A DNA stretch of 64,000 nucleotides from the NCBI GenBank assembly GCA_033442325.1, contig JAWQFM010000028.1, positions 461,302-525,301 of the forward strand, read 5' to 3'. The notes below the pieces were generated by a model. It worked only from the letters and a program-made list of their open reading frames with translations, searched no databases and was not told where the DNA came from. How positions within the stretch are numbered: the first letter of the stretch is position 1; the number at the start of each line of letters is the position of its first letter. A program made the translations under genes and the position numbers. Source of the stretch: Salpingoeca rosetta (taxonomy: Eukaryota > Protista > Choanoflagellata). Positions 22,910 to 37,591 of the stretch are shown here, piece by piece.

Positions 22910-23538
22910 GCACGCACACACACGCACGCACGCACGCACACACACACACACACACAACTAGTGCAAGTGCAAGTGCCGTGCATGCGTGTGTGTTTTTCAG
23001 TGTTTGCACGGACCGTGGGAGGGAGTACTCTGCGACGAACTTGCGTACCAGCTTCAACTCCTCGGGGCCAACGTGGTACCACACCTCCTCCGTCTGGCAG
23101 TGATGTGATGATGATGGTGGTGATGGTGGCGGTGATGGGGTGGGTCGTGTGGTGACAATGAGTGGGATACGCGGGAGGAACAACGTGGCGCGCCGGTAAA
23201 CTCGCTCCTCACATGGAACGCAAACACACACACACACAGACACACACACACGAGCACACACACAGACACACACACACGAGCACACACACAAACACACACA
23301 CGCACTTGTGCACCAAACCACCGCCTTACCACCATCACAACCACTTCCACTCCCCACTCATGCATGACCATGTGCCAGCAGAGTGCACAGCCCACCTCCT
23401 TCTGTGCCTTGCGTGCTGCGGCCTGTGTCAGCGGCTTCTCTGTAACCGCTGCGCCCGTGTGCGCCGACAGGAATTCGCGCAGGCGGATACGCCGGTCTGC
23501 CGGGTCCTCTCCAAACAGCGCTGTTGGCGGGAAACGGG

Positions 23539-23607
<69 letters not shown>

Positions 23608-23828
23608 GTGTGTGTGTGTGTTTGCGTATTGGTTGGTTAGCTGAATGAATGCAAGCGAGAGAGACGCCTTCACCACAAACAGCACCACGCATACATACAC
23701 AAGGTGCAACGCACATATGCCGCTGTTGCGGCATGACTGGTTACTCACTGACGGGCTCGCCGAGTTCCCTCAGCTTCAGGATGACGCCCTCATCCGTCGC
23801 AGGAAGCAGCACCTCCCGCTCCTGTCAT

Positions 23829-23910
<82 letters not shown>

Positions 23911-24588
23911 GCATGTCATGTCGACTCATTCTACACGAAGAGCAACACAATCATCGGAAACAGGCATATGTCGCTCGAAACAGCCGTGCACCCAAAGTCG
24001 GAGTGACTGCCTCACAATCCCCAATACAACACCTCCCACACGACACCGACCTTCTTTCTTCGCTCGAGTTCGTCAAGGATGGCATCTTGCCGCTTCTGCT
24101 CCATCTGGCTTGTCTCAGACAGCTGCATGCGGGCGCCTGCAGTGTGTGGATGGCGCAGTGACAAGACAGAGTGCACACACAGCACGTGCCGGCGGCACCG
24201 TGTGCAGCAGAACAGGACGTGGTGAGTGGGGGGGGGGATCGGATAACAACGGCTCTATCAACACGTTTGTCCTTTGTTGGTGTTGCTGATGATGCCCCTT
24301 GCTTTGGACCCTATCATATCTCACCAAACGCAACAACAACACCACCACCACCACCACCACCACCACCACCACCACCATCACAGGTGCTCATGTGTGACGG
24401 TGGCTGTGCGCGTGCGTACCTGTGTCACTGATGTTGATGTTGCCTGCGGCCATACCGGCCTTGACAGCCTCCGAGAGCTCCTTCTTCACAGGAGCGGCAG
24501 CGGCCTCCACCGGTGCGCCGCCGCGCCTCGCCTTCTCTTGCGCATCCTGCAGCTGACGCTGGATGCGGTCCAACGCTTGCTCCGACAT
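19639..24588 (-). CDS. PRPF4: U4/U6 snRNP protein Prp4, multi-exon
   Basis: [12 protein letters not shown]; [23 protein letters not shown] (PRP4/SFM domain); [26 protein letters not shown]; [19 protein letters not shown]; WD40 repeats ([20 protein letters not shown]; [11 protein letters not shown]; [14 protein letters not shown]); final exon [20 protein letters not shown]. Confidence 0.95.
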
Positions 24589-24943
24589 GGCGGCTGGTCA
24601 CTTGATGTGAAGTTGTTCACTCACTCTGCTTGATGTGAAGAAGGAAAAGAGGGAAGAAGGAAAGAAACGTGCGAATGAATGTGTGTGCAAGTGCGTTGTG
24701 AGTGGGTGTGAGTGATGGCATGAAGGCGAGAGTCATGGGCAGAGGGTGGGCTGCGACACACGCGCGTGCACACACGGCATGGATGCGCACGCCTCCACAC
24801 AGCACACCAACCAAGCCACTGGCTCACCTCTTGTCTGCTGTCTTCTGTCGTGCGAGCGATCTTCTCTTGGCGAAATTCACGTTTGCGTGTTTTGCAGAAG
24901 CACTCAGCGGTTACAGAACAGCACTAACACCACCACATCCAAG

Positions 24944-24974
<31 letters not shown>

Positions 24975-24998
24975 TCTCTCTCTCTCTCTTTCTTCGAG

Positions 24999-25974
24999 AT
25001 GGTGGACGTGGTGCAGATTGTGGTTGCCCTGGTGGTGCTGGCGATTGGCGCATACGTTGTGCTGTTTGCGGGCAAGAAGGGCAGCGCCAGCGAGAGGAAG
25101 GGGCAGGACCAAGACGGCGAGAAGAAGAACAAGAAGAACAAGAACAAGAAGAAGAGCAAAGGCAAGAAGAACAAGACCGAGGATGACGCGTCCGGTGTGA
25201 AGAACATGTCTCTGAAGCAGCTGCAGCGGCTGTACATGAAAGGGAAGAACAGGAAGGGCAAGGTGAAGGTCCCCGACCCCACGGATCCGCTCTTCGTCAC
25301 GGCGCTCAAGGGCCACACGGAACCCATTCTCGACGCTGTGTTTGCTCCCAGCGGCACGGTCAGTGACACCTGCTTTTGCGCTGTATGTGCGCGCGTGTAT
25401 GTGTATGTGTGTGTGTGTGATTGACATAGACTATCTTTCCTTGCATTCGAACACCCACCCTGCCGCCTCTGCATTGACTTGAAGCATGAAAATGCTTCCT
25501 AACATATTCAATCCCTCCCCCGTCCTTCATCATCCACTTAAAATCATCAGGCGCTTGCCACCTGCAGTGAAGACCGGACGCTGCGCCTGTGGCCAAGAAA
25601 GTCGTTTGAAGGCAGCGACCACAAGCCCATCTCGTCTCGCATTGAGCTTGACCACATCACCCACTTTGCCTTCTCGACAGACGGAAAGTTAGTCGAAGGC
25701 TGAACACACAGGCCTTATGACTGGGCCGCTCACACATTGCAACCATTTTGCTGGGCAACACCAAACGTAACCCGTTGCGCGCACACACACACACACACAC
25801 GCATACACACATCTACGTTAACTCACTCCTGTGTGCGGCTGTGTGTGTGTGTGTGTGCGTATTTATTCTAGGGCTGCCGCTGGCGTGCTGGCGCGGGACC
25901 AGCAGATTCGACTGTTCAAAGTCTCCTCCAAAACAGGATTCACACCCGTCAAAGACATTGCTCATGTGCGCTCT

Positions 25975-26044
<70 letters not shown>

Positions 26045-26498
26045 NNNNNNNNNNNNNNNNNNNNNNNNNNNNNNNNNNNNNNNNNNNNNNNNNNNNNNNN
26101 NNNNNNNNNNNNNNNNNNNNNNNNNNNNNNNNNNNNNNNNNNNNNNNNNNNNNNNNNNNNNNNNNNNNNNNNNNNNNNNNNNNNNNNNNNNNNNNNNNNN
26201 NNNNNNNNNNNNNNNNNNNNNNNNNNNNNNNNNNNNNNNNNNNNNNNNNNNNNNNNNNNNNNNNNNNNNNNNNNNNNNNNNNNNNNNNNNNNNNNNNNNN
26301 NNNNNNNNNNNNNNNNNNNNNNNNNNNNNNNNNNNNNNNNNNNNNNNNNNNNNNNNNNNNNNNNNNNNNNNNNNNNNNNNNNNNNNNNNNNNNNNNNNNN
26401 NNNNNNNNNNNNNNNNNNNNNNNNNNNNNNNNNNNNNNNNNNNNNNNNNNNNNNNNNNNNNNNNNNNNNNNNNNNNNNNNNNNNNNCGTTCGTCGTCG

Positions 26499-26574
<76 letters not shown>

Positions 26575-27187
26575 CGCTATTATGTTTGCATCATGTGACA
26601 TGATGCAAACAGGCAGACAAGGCTGCCACGTTCCTTCCTTCCTTCCTTTCGCTTTCTCTTGGCATCTAGCTCCCTCACTCCTCACACCTCTTCGTCCATT
26701 CACTACCAAACGACTGCGATGTGCAGGATTCTCGCTGGGCGTGAAGCTGTGGCGCGTCGTGTCAGATCACGGCTCATTCCTGCACGTGAGTAACCCCCCC
26801 CCCACCGTACACTGCATGTATGCATGCAACCATCAAGTGTGTCGATGGTTTCAGCGTTGCTTGTCTTTTGGCATGTGAGGGACCACCTCCGACCAGCCAT
26901 TGCACAAACCCACCACCACCAGCCACCATCACATCATCAACTCGCCATCATCAACAACGCAACGAACACAACCACTGTCACGTCATCTTCTCACCATCAC
27001 CACCTCATCCCATCCCCCCCTCCTCTCTCTTTCTCTCCAGTCCCACCGCTGCGGGCGCCTGCCCGGCCACTCTGCACCGACGGCGCACTTTGCATTCAGC
27101 CGCGACTCGGCACTCGCCGCTTCCGTCGCCAGGGATGGCACGTGGAAGTGCTTCAACATCAAGTTAGCTGCCCACACGGCTCTCTGC

Positions 27188-27270
<83 letters not shown>

Positions 27271-28583
27271 GGTTTTCTTTGCTCGGACCTCAACCACGCA
27301 CGCATTCACCACAACCTCCACTACCGTCATCAACCCCCTCCCTCTCCTCTCCCACGCTTCCACCGACCCCCTGTTTAGTGTACGCTGGGATCTCGATGAA
27401 GACCCGCGACTGCTGAGCGAAAACACATACGCGCAGCCGTCGTCCGCCCCTCGCATCGCCATCAGCAGCTCAAACTACACCCTCTGTACGCGCAGACACA
27501 CGCACGCACACTCCATCGTGGTGGTGGTGGTGGTGGTGGTGGTGTTCATTGATTTGCTTGTGGAGTGGTGGTGGTGGTGGCGGTGTGAGGTCTGTGATTC
27601 CATGAGGACAGTGTTGTCTCTGCTCGTGTTGTCATTTGATCAACTGCTCCTGCCATGTGTTCATCTTCCTCCTCCTCACAGCGGTGGAGTATTTCTTGTT
27701 TGCTTCTGCCACAACGACCACCGCTCATGTGTGTGTGTGTGTGTGTGTGCAGGCGTTGGCTCGAAGCAGACCATTGAGATGTTCTCTGTTCACTCTGGCG
27801 AGCGCCTTTACGCAATCACAGACGCGCACGCACCAGGTGATGGTGGCACGACTATGACAGGACAAGGGGTTGATGCTCATTTGCTGTATTGTTCGTTTTG
27901 CATTCCATACGATGCACTTTGCATCTTCACTCTTTTTCGTCTCCCTTGCTGGTCGTTCCCTCACTGGTCTGCCGTCTACACTGCCAATGTTGCACGCATC
28001 GTTCATCACAGCTTTAACCCCTCATCAGCACCTTCCCCTCCCTCCCTCCCTTGTCTCCTCACCACGTCCCCTCTCCCTCGTCCTCCTCTTGTGTGTGCCT
28101 GCAGGCATGGACTTGACGCACCTCTGTTACGACATGGACGATGAGTTTATCATCTCCACCGCATACACGCGCGTGCATGTGTGGCGCAACCTTCCGCAAA
28201 AGCGCGAGATGGTGCGGCGGCTATGGTCGCATGCTTGTCCTGGTGCCTGCAAGCACGCACATTCTCACGCACACGCGCGCGCACTCACACATCCCCACCG
28301 CACCCCTCCCCCTTTCATTCTTGTGCTGTTTTACAGATTGCACGACTGACTGAGAAGGTCCGAACAGAGAGGAACCAGTCGGGCAAGGTGTGGTGCCCCA
28401 CGTGAACATGCATGCACCTGTTCACAACAGGGGGAAATGTGTCGCGTGAGGTTGCTGTGCAAGGCCTGCATCATCAACGCTCACCCGACACACACACACA
28501 CACACGCGCACACATGGACGCAGGACCGCATCAAGGCGCAAGTTGCGGAGTTGCAGAAGAATTTGAAGGCGTATGGGTGGTGA
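24999..28583 (+). CDS. TBL2: Transducin beta-like 2 (ER-anchored WD40 protein), multi-exon, spans an assembly gap
   Basis: N-terminal TM anchor and Lys-rich stretch; DPLFVTALKGHTEPILDAVFAPSGT|ALATCSEDRTLRLW...IELDHITHFAFSTDGK; GHSAPTAHFAFSRDSALAASVARDGTWKCFNI; VRWDLDEDPRLL; C-terminal coiled coil DRIKAQVAELQKNLKAYGW*. Confidence 0.88.
26045..26486. other. Assembly gap (N-run) flanked by (GT)n
   Basis: Run of N within TBL2; likely hides one or more exons. Confidence 0.99.
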
Positions 28584-29214
28584 TGCTGATGTTGTGTTCT
28601 CCCACATGTGCACACACGCGGTTGTGCACCGCACTCCCTCACTTGTGCCGACTCAGCCGCTCGTTTGTTGGAAGTCATGTCAACTGGCGAAAGGATGAGT
28701 GAATGGGTTTTACTGCCAAATCAAATACGAACACGCTGTGCACGAGCACGCGTGATGGGGAAAGGGCAGTGAAGATGTGGGCAAGGCAATCAATGAGTGA
28801 ACGAACACACGGGCGGGAACCAGCCCGCACCAGAAACGACACAATACACACACGCACACACACATGTGGGTGGAAAATGAGGCGATTAAGCAAGAGTATG
28901 CAACAAGCTGCACTGCTGCAAGAATAAAAGCAAGGTGCACATCGCAGCATGCACATTAGAACAGATGAGAACAGGTGGGGACGGTGATGGGAAAGGGGGG
29001 CGTTTGTCCCTGACTTGTGGGTGGGCCAGGATATGGGGGGAAAGCAAGGCAGTACATGGTGTCTTTCTGTTGCTGTTACCGCCGCAGGGGCTGTAACACA
29101 TGTGTTGTGTTGGAGGAAGCAGTGATGGCATGATGGCAGGAATGATGCAACCAAGCACACTGGTCATCGTCATCATCATCGTCATCATCATCGTCATCAT
29201 CATCATCATCATCA

Positions 29215-29439
29215 TCAGTGGTCTGCTGTGGCATCCTCGTCGTCCGTCTCGAGCGACGATGAAAGCCAGTCCTGGAACGGCAGCAGCTGTTGCCTCAGCG
29301 CAGCAAACGCCGTCTGCGGGATATCTGTCAAGGGTTGCTGTCGCTTGATCCAGTTTAGCACAACCTCGCCCTACATGTACGTGTATGATGAGTGTGTTGT
29401 GCATGAGTGTGTGTTGTGTTGTGTGTGTTGTGGTGTGTG

Positions 29440-29478
<39 letters not shown>

Positions 29479-30568
29479 GTGTATGTGTGTGTGTTGTGCA
29501 TGATTGTGTGTGTGGGGGGGGATGGGAGAAAAGAAGGGGGAATTGAGAAGAAGGAGGAATTGTGCGTGCGAGGAAGTGAACGGTGGACTGTGGTGGATGG
29601 GATGGATGGTAATGGGGAGGGGCGAGCGCCAATGCCAAACACACATCCAAGGAACTGCAGCCGAATACAAGATAAATACACACGCATCATCGGACACATA
29701 CACGCACAGACACGCGATCAACAGACTTGTACACACAAACACAACAGCACAACCACAAACAGCCAACCAATGACACATACACAGCACCAGCAGCATCAGC
29801 AGCACACCTCCAGGCCGCCTGCTTGCAGCTGTGTATAGAGCAGCTGGGTGAGACACTGCGCCTTGTCGCCGGAGAAGGATTCGCGGGCATACAGGCGCTC
29901 CAGGCACGCGAGGAAATTGCGTTGGCCGCGCAGGAACATGGACCCGTTGCGCTTCTGGTTGCGCTCGTCCAAGGTGATGAGGCGCGTCAGCAGCGGCGAC
30001 AGCAGCACCAGCCGCTCTGTGTGGTCGCGTGACGCGTAGCACAGCGAGCGCACGCACTTGTTGTTGGTGGACCCCTTTACGCGCCTGTGCTCCAGGATGA
30101 TGCCCACCAACTCCTGTATCGCAGCCTCGTTGAAGTCCTCTGCGGTATATCCGTTGTGTTGGCACGCGCACGCGTAAGAAAGTTGCAAGAGTGAGAAGGT
30201 ACAGAAGGGAGGGACCATGCATACCCAGGCATGCCAGTATACCGTGGCAGTGCAACGCAAAGGAAAGGAAAGGAAAGGGAAGGGTGCCACGACCAGCAAG
30301 CTCACCACGACCAGCAAGCTCACCACGACCAGCAAGGACGCCGAGCAGATGCACACACCGCACAACACAACAGGACACAACACAACAACAACAACAACAA
30401 CAACAACGTGACACAACACAACAACACCAACAACACACCTTTTGAGACGACGTTGTTCAAGATGCTGCTGAGGCGGTCGGTGGCAGACGTGTCGTCACTC
30501 AGGCGGCGAATCGCCTCAGACATTTCACTCACGTTCATGGTCATCTTTGAGTGTCCGGTCGTTGACAT
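29215..30568 (-). CDS. Stand-alone W2 (eIF4G/eIF5/eIF2B-epsilon C-terminal) domain protein, ~205 aa, 3 exons (30568-30439, 30139-29808, 29370-29215)
   Basis: Exon phases match (618 nt). RGQRNFLACLERL...LYTQLQAGGLE|GEVVLNWIK...ALRQQLLPFQDWLSSSLETDDED resembles the eIF5 CTD (AQRYLLHGLE...MYDADLLEEEVIISW...IRVKAEPFIKWLKEAEEE). Confidence 0.72.
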
Positions 30569-31391
30569 GAAGAGGGGTGTCTGCTGTAAATGAACAAGCG
30601 TGACGGTGTGATGTATGATGAGCGAAGATGCGTGTTGTTGTTGTTGTTATTTTGGATGTGAGACAAGTGTGAGTGTCTCGCGTCAACTCGCGCGCAGGCA
30701 GCGTGAGCAGCAGTGTGAAGTGGCAGTACCTCTGTTATCTGCGTTGGTGAGCTTGGTTGGCGTTGTCAAAGAAGAGCAGGCAGCTGGCCAGGTCGAGCGG
30801 CAAGCACAGGAAGGAAATGCGCAGCCACTCCTCCTCCTGTCTTTTGTTGGGAACGATGTGCGTAAGCGCGAGATTGCGTTGGGGTCGAACGCGTTCCACT
30901 ATATTTTCGTATGTCGCATCCAAGGGAAAATGCGTGGAATTCCGCCACAACGCATGTCAGTGTGTCGCAACACCACAAACAGTGGTGTCCTTGAGTGGTC
31001 CTCCAACGGTTGTGCTTGTCGTGCCAACTCAGTCAGTGTCCTGGTTGGTTGCTTGTTCCCTTCGCTTGTTCAGTTGTTCGCTTCGCTTTGCTTCGCACGG
31101 GCGAATATGAGCGCCGTTTTGTTTACATGCGATGTGAATCCGTTGCTTCTCCTCTTCTCCCTCGCTGCGATTTAACGATTCGAGCCGTGTCGTGTCCAAG
31201 TTCAGAAGATGTTCGAAGGTCGTTTTACTTTCACATGCGAAGATGGAAGTGCTGCAGAAGTGGCTGGGAATCAAGCCGGCCGTCGTCATCATGTCACTGT
31301 TAACCGCATGCCTAACACACATACACGCACATACAAACACGCACACACATATGCACATGCACACTGCGACCCTGCGCACACACGCCAACTG

Positions 31392-34300
31392 CTAGTCCTC
31401 TTGGTGGGTGATACAGCAGTGCTGGGGCAACGTAATGTCCCTTGTTGCCTGTCGCGAGCGCTTGCTTCGCTGCTGCTGTCGCTGTTGCGAACTGCCGTCG
31501 TCATCGTCGTCATCGCTGGCATCGTCTTCACGCTGCTGCTGGCCTTGTTGTTTGCCCCGGCCATGGCTGCTACTGTCCGTCTCATCAGCTGACGAGTCCT
31601 GTTTGTTGCAGCAACACAACAAATGCAGGAAGAAGGTGAGGACTGGCAGTAGGTGGTCGAACAGTGGACGAGAGATCTCACGACGTCATCAGAAGACCCG
31701 AGAAGGGAGGGGGGGGGTAGTTGGGACTGAAATGTTCACATGTGCAACACATATGCAACACATGCACACGCACACACTCATCCCTTCCTCCTCCTCTTCC
31801 ATTGATTTCAATCGCTCCTCCCATCCCTCCTGGCTGTCGTCACAATGTTCTCACCGCAGCTTAGCACCACTACCACCACCACTGCTGCTGCTGCTGCTCC
31901 TCCTCCTCTTTCCCTTTCTCTCCGCCCACTGGAGCACGAGTGGCAATTCGCCTTACATAACGACGAACCTGCTCTTGTTCTTGCTGCTGCGAGCGCTTGC
32001 GCCGCTCCATATACTCAGTGATGTCCACGCCCTTGTCGTACGCTGCACGCAGCTCATCGTCCATCAGCACCTCGTACGCCTGATGCAGCGGGGTGGTGGG
32101 GAGGACGAGTGTGTTGGTGGTGATTTGCAATCAGTGCAGTGCATGCGTCCGACACGTATGTGTGTGTGCGCGCGCGCAAGATCTCGTGATATGCGCAGGC
32201 TACATTTGAAAGCGTACGCAAGAATGCGTGCAAGCACACACGCAGGCACACACACACACGCGCGCGCACACACAAACACATTCAAGCACGTCCGAATGCG
32301 TACAAGCACACACACACACACATACAAACACACACACACACCTCGACAATGTCGAGGAACTTCTGTTCTGCGTCTGGGTGTTTGTTCTTGTCTGGATGCC
32401 AAACGCGCACGAGGCGGCGATACGCCCGTCGAATCACTGCCGTGCTCGCACCCCTTTTGCGTGTTGGAAGAAAGGAAGAGTTGATGGAGCGTACAGACAG
32501 AGCCGATGAGAGGGGAACATGAGAAGCGGAGGTGGAAGAGGTGAGGGTGTGACTGGGAGTGTGTTGCACTTGCGTGGGGATGCCAGGCGGAACGTCAGAA
32601 ACGAAAGAACTGTCTCTTGTGCGCTCATGCATACAACATACGCACACACGCACACACTTAGACACACACACACGCGCAACGCACTTGGGCACGCCGAGGA
32701 TGCTGTAGTAGTCCTTGGTGGTGGCCTCCTTGACAGCAAGTTCAATCTTGCGCTGGAGCACCAGAAGTTTCATGTCGTGTGGCGAAATGCGGCGCGCACG
32801 TTTCACGTCGCGAAGCGCGTTTGAAAACATCTGCAGGGACAGTGATGACGGAAAACAGCAACAGAGCAACGACAATGGTGGTGGTGGTTTTGGTGGTGGT
32901 GATGGTGGTGATGGCAACAGCATGAGAACACAAATTCACGTGTTAACCACGTTGAGGGAGAATGACTGGAAGAACCCATTGCTTGTGCTATGCATATGCA
33001 CACAAACGAACACGTGCACGCAACCATACCTCCTTTGTGAGGAAGGCCCACGCTCGATACATGAGCAAATGAACCACAAACTGGCTGTTCTCCTGCAGGC
33101 GAACGTCTTCCAACGCGCGGGTGCAACTGCACACAGACACATTTGGACAGTGGGTGACACATTACAGTGAGTGCGAGGGTTTGGGACACAACTCAACGCT
33201 GGGAGCACACTTGCAGGCACATTCAATCATGTTGCCCCAGTTTCCGGGGTGCTTGTTCGTAACACATTATCTATCACGATGTTGCACCATGCCATGCCAC
33301 GGCAACCAAACCTGTGGAGGGCAGCGTCAATTCTGTTGACGAAGAAGTGCAGTTCGCACAACTCCTGCAGCGCCGTCAGTGCCATCTCGCTGTGCGCATC
33401 CAATGCGAGCTGTGGAAACCAGAAGGACATAAGGCAACAGGGTGTCGGTGGGTGAACTGATCTCACGCACGCACACGCGCAAACACACACACACACATAC
33501 ACACACAGTCACACACAGTCACACACAGTCACACAAACACAAGACACGCAAACACACAAACAGACACACAAACAGACGCACACAGACACACAACGCATGA
33601 AAGCAAGCACATGCACACCAGAGTATCAAATGCATGAATGGCACGCAAAAACTCCCGCTGGTCCTTAAACTGTTTGGCCTCCGCCGCCAGCGACAGCACA
33701 CGTCGCATCATCTGTTCCTCACGCTTGCACAGCTGTCGGGCACCCGCATCGGGCCTTGATCGATGCCAAAGGCACGCCAGTAGCAGCAAGCAGCAGAAGT
33801 GAAGCAAATGTAGTTGTGTGCATGGGTGAGTGGTAGTCCAAAACCAACCACACACACACACACACGCACACACGCACACACACACGCACACACACACGCA
33901 CACACACACAACCGCAATTTGCAGAAGTAGGGCAAACTCCCGTTCCACGGCGAGAAATACACACGTGGAAATTCTGATGCACTTGGCAAGGACGGTCGCC
34001 GCCACCTCTGTGTTGCCGAGCAAACGCCAGTGAATGGCGCCATGTAGTCGAAGCGTTCTGGCATCCGCTTTGTCAAGGCGCACCAGCATGCTCGCATCCG
34101 CCAACGCCGCGCTGGCGTTGCCTGCAAGCAATGAAATTGGAGGGGGGAGGTGTGACAATGTGAGCGCGTGTGTGAAGGACAATGACAGGTTAGCAACTGT
34201 AAACACCAAAGGTGTGGACAATCAAGCGACCGCAAAACAAACCAAACATGCACACACACGACACACACACACACACGACACGCACACGACACACACACGA

Positions 34301-37300
34301 CACATACACGACACGCACACGACACACACATACACACGATACACACACGACACATACACGACACGCACACGACATACACATACACACGACACACAGTCTT
34401 GTGTTCCTCCGTGTACCATGTCTGAGATGGCACTCGGCGCGCCACCGTCGATATGTAGCGCTGGCTGGGGCATCGACCAACACTGCTGACAGCGCGGTGA
34501 TGGTGGCTGGTGAGCACATGTCCGTTGCTGACTCATCCACGTCGCCAGACGATGAGAGCATATCAGTGAGCGTCTGTAATACTTCGAGGCCACGCGACGC
34601 CCGCGCTTCCAGTGCGCTCACTTGCGCATGTGTTGTTCTCGATGGCGTTTCTCCCCACAGCGCCAACAGCTGACGCAGCTCATTGCTTGCAAGCAAAGCC
34701 TCTTGGAATCGGCCCACCTTGCCCAGCACGTCAAGCAAGAGAAGATTCAGTGTCAGCTGCACTTGTTGCACAATTGCAACCGCCTTTGCACTCTGCTGCT
34801 GTGGTTGTTGTTGGTACTGTGGTTGCGCGTTTGCCATGAGAGCTGCGACTGGGTTGCGCTCCAAGCTGAGGAGCATATATCGCAGCAAGGCCACGGCACC
34901 GTCAAACTCATACGCGCGCAGCAGCGCGTGCACATGTGCGAGCTGGCGTGTCACATCTCTGCTCAGCACGTGTGCTTGCTTCTCCTCCTCCAGCAAGCGA
35001 CCAACACTTAACGCAATCAGCCTGTCCTCGAAAGATACATCGTCGATATGCGCTTGTCCGCTACTGCCACCTCGGCTGCCATTGCTGTTGTCGCCATCGC
35101 TGCTGCTGCTGCTGCTGCTGCTGCTCTCATCGCTGTTGCTGCGATGCTGGCCAGAGCGATACACATACCCGCAGACCAACACAGCAGCGTCGTCAGCGCT
35201 GTCGCCACCATCAATGTTGTCGGCGTTGCTCGAGACTCGATCCATCTCAACTTCATCGGTACCATCAGGAGCATCATCATCATCTGGGTTCCCGTCCTCC
35301 ATGACGTCAATGCTGAACTTGAAGGAGCAACCAACAGCATCCGCGTTGCTTGCATGCATGGATACAGCAAACGATGATGATGACGACGACAGCGGTGGTG
35401 CCGCTGCCTTTGCACCACCATCCTCGATTCTGCACGACAAAGCGTCGAGCACCGTGGGAACGCAGATGGAGGTGCCAGCGTCCGTGTGCTCATCATCAGC
35501 TGAAGCGCGCTTCGGTGGTCCGCCCGCGTTGTGTTTGTCGCTGCTACCACACTCACCATCATCATCCACGGTGTACACACCACGAGGAGCCGTGGTGAGT
35601 ATGCAGTCATATCGCCGCGTCGCGTCAAGGAGAGAATGCACCGGCTGTCCGCACGAAACCTGTGGATTTGCAGGTGACAAGTGTTGGCGAGGTTTAAGAT
35701 GAGTGGGGATCAGAAAGCATCTAACACGACAGGGACATTAACGGCCAAGATGTGAAGAATGGGGGAATAAGGAAAGCTGATGCTCCTGTGAAACTTCGCA
35801 CACACACACATACACACGCACACGCACGCACACATGAACATACACACAGACACGCACACACATACGCACAACACACGCACACACATACACACAACACACA
35901 CACCCTGTATAACAGAGCACGTGTGCGGTTATACCTGCACGTCTGTGGAAGACCAGCGCGGAAAGACTGCAATGACAGGTGTGTTGAGCACATCCAATTC
36001 ATGGTCGTCACCCTCATCACCACCCTCTTCTCCTTCCCCACCATCACCACCACTCTGCCGCTGAGGGAGGAGCGGTGTCACGACGACTGCGGTGAACAGG
36101 CGCTCGTGGCCAGAGGTGGAATGGTTGGCCGTCACCTCAAAGTGAATGTCGCGTTCGCTGAGTGCATCGATTTCATCACTGCTGTTGCTGCTGTTGTCGT
36201 CGTGGCTGGCGCCCGTGCCCAGATTGACAGCGGGTGGCGGCAGCATGCGCAGTGACACGTGCGTGATGGCATCGAGGTCTGGCTGCAGCTGGAAATCGGA
36301 TCCGCTCGCCGCTGTTGGCAACCCGGCATGGCGCGGCCGAATGATGCAATGCAAGGGCGACCCGGCCACCGCAGTGTTGCTGCAATATGTGTGCATGTGT
36401 GGGGGGGGGGGTGCGTGTGTGCGCGTGTGCGTGTGTACATGTGCACATGTGTGTGTGTGCGTGTGTGTACATGTGTGTGCGTGCATGTGTGTGCGTGCAT
36501 GTGTGTGCGTGAGTGGGGTGGTGTGTGTATGTATGTGTGGTGTCATGACGTGCAAGAGCACAACGTCGCGAGATAGACATTTGCAGCTTCACCATTACCA
36601 CGCACCTGTCGCAGACGATAACGCTGGTAAAATCGGGTGGTCCATACTGGCAAAATTCCCCCTTCCAGCCCTTGTGACATGTGCACACGTTCGCGCCAAT
36701 GCACCGCCCGTGCTTGTTGCAGTCATTCTCACAGGCAAATCCGACCTGAGAGTGTGTATGAGTGGGCGTCAGCGAGTGAGTGAGTGTGCGCGCATGTTTG
36801 TGTCCATATGTGTGAGCACAGTAAGTAGCTGCATACGCTCGTGTGATTTCTGCTGAGCTAGCGGGCAGAAGCACACGCGCACACACGAACAAACAGGCGA
36901 AGAAGAATGTCATACGCACAGACGAATGTCACAAGTCACAAACACAAACTCACGTACCAGGAACGAGGCTGGCCTCTGCTTCTCGAGCTCAAACACGTGT
37001 GACGTGTCTGTGGTGTTGTTGTCAATGGCAGTGATAAGCCGGCTGTCCTTGTTCAGCAGCTTCACCCGGTAGCCTGCAAGCATAAGCAACGGTGAAGGCA
37101 AACATGAAAAACAGAACACACCACGCACGTGCGCCTATACACGCACTCTCATGTGCACACGCACACAGAGTCATACACACCCGCACACGCACACGCACAC
37201 GCACACGCACATGTACACGCACACGCACAAGCACACGCACACGCACACGCACACGCACACGCACACGTACCTGGGCGAGCGATAAAGATGGAGCCCAGGC

Positions 37301-37551
37301 CTTCAGCGGGCACATCGTACAGCCCGAGTGTGTAGTACTGGCAGTGCCCGTGGTAGAGCGGTCGTGGGCAGAACACGACACCGCGGAGTTGGGACCATGG
37401 CATCCATGTTATGCTCGCGTGCGTAAACTCGGATGGCTCAAGGCCACCACGTACATCTCGCACAAGCAGTCGACCGCCAGCTACAGTGGTGGTGTGTAAG
37501 TAAGTGCGCGCGTGTGTGTATGTGTGTGTGTGTATGTGTGTGTGTGTGTGG

Positions 37552-37591
<40 letters not shown>

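Noticed and set aside
30288-30337. 21-bp direct repeats (and the 28-bp repeats at ~44705-44790) as CRISPR-like arrays
   Set aside because: Head-to-tail repeats without unique spacers, intronic, eukaryotic context, no cas genes.
31392-31406. C-terminal HQED as an ER-retention signal
   Set aside because: Lacks the terminal Leu of KDEL/HDEL-type signals.
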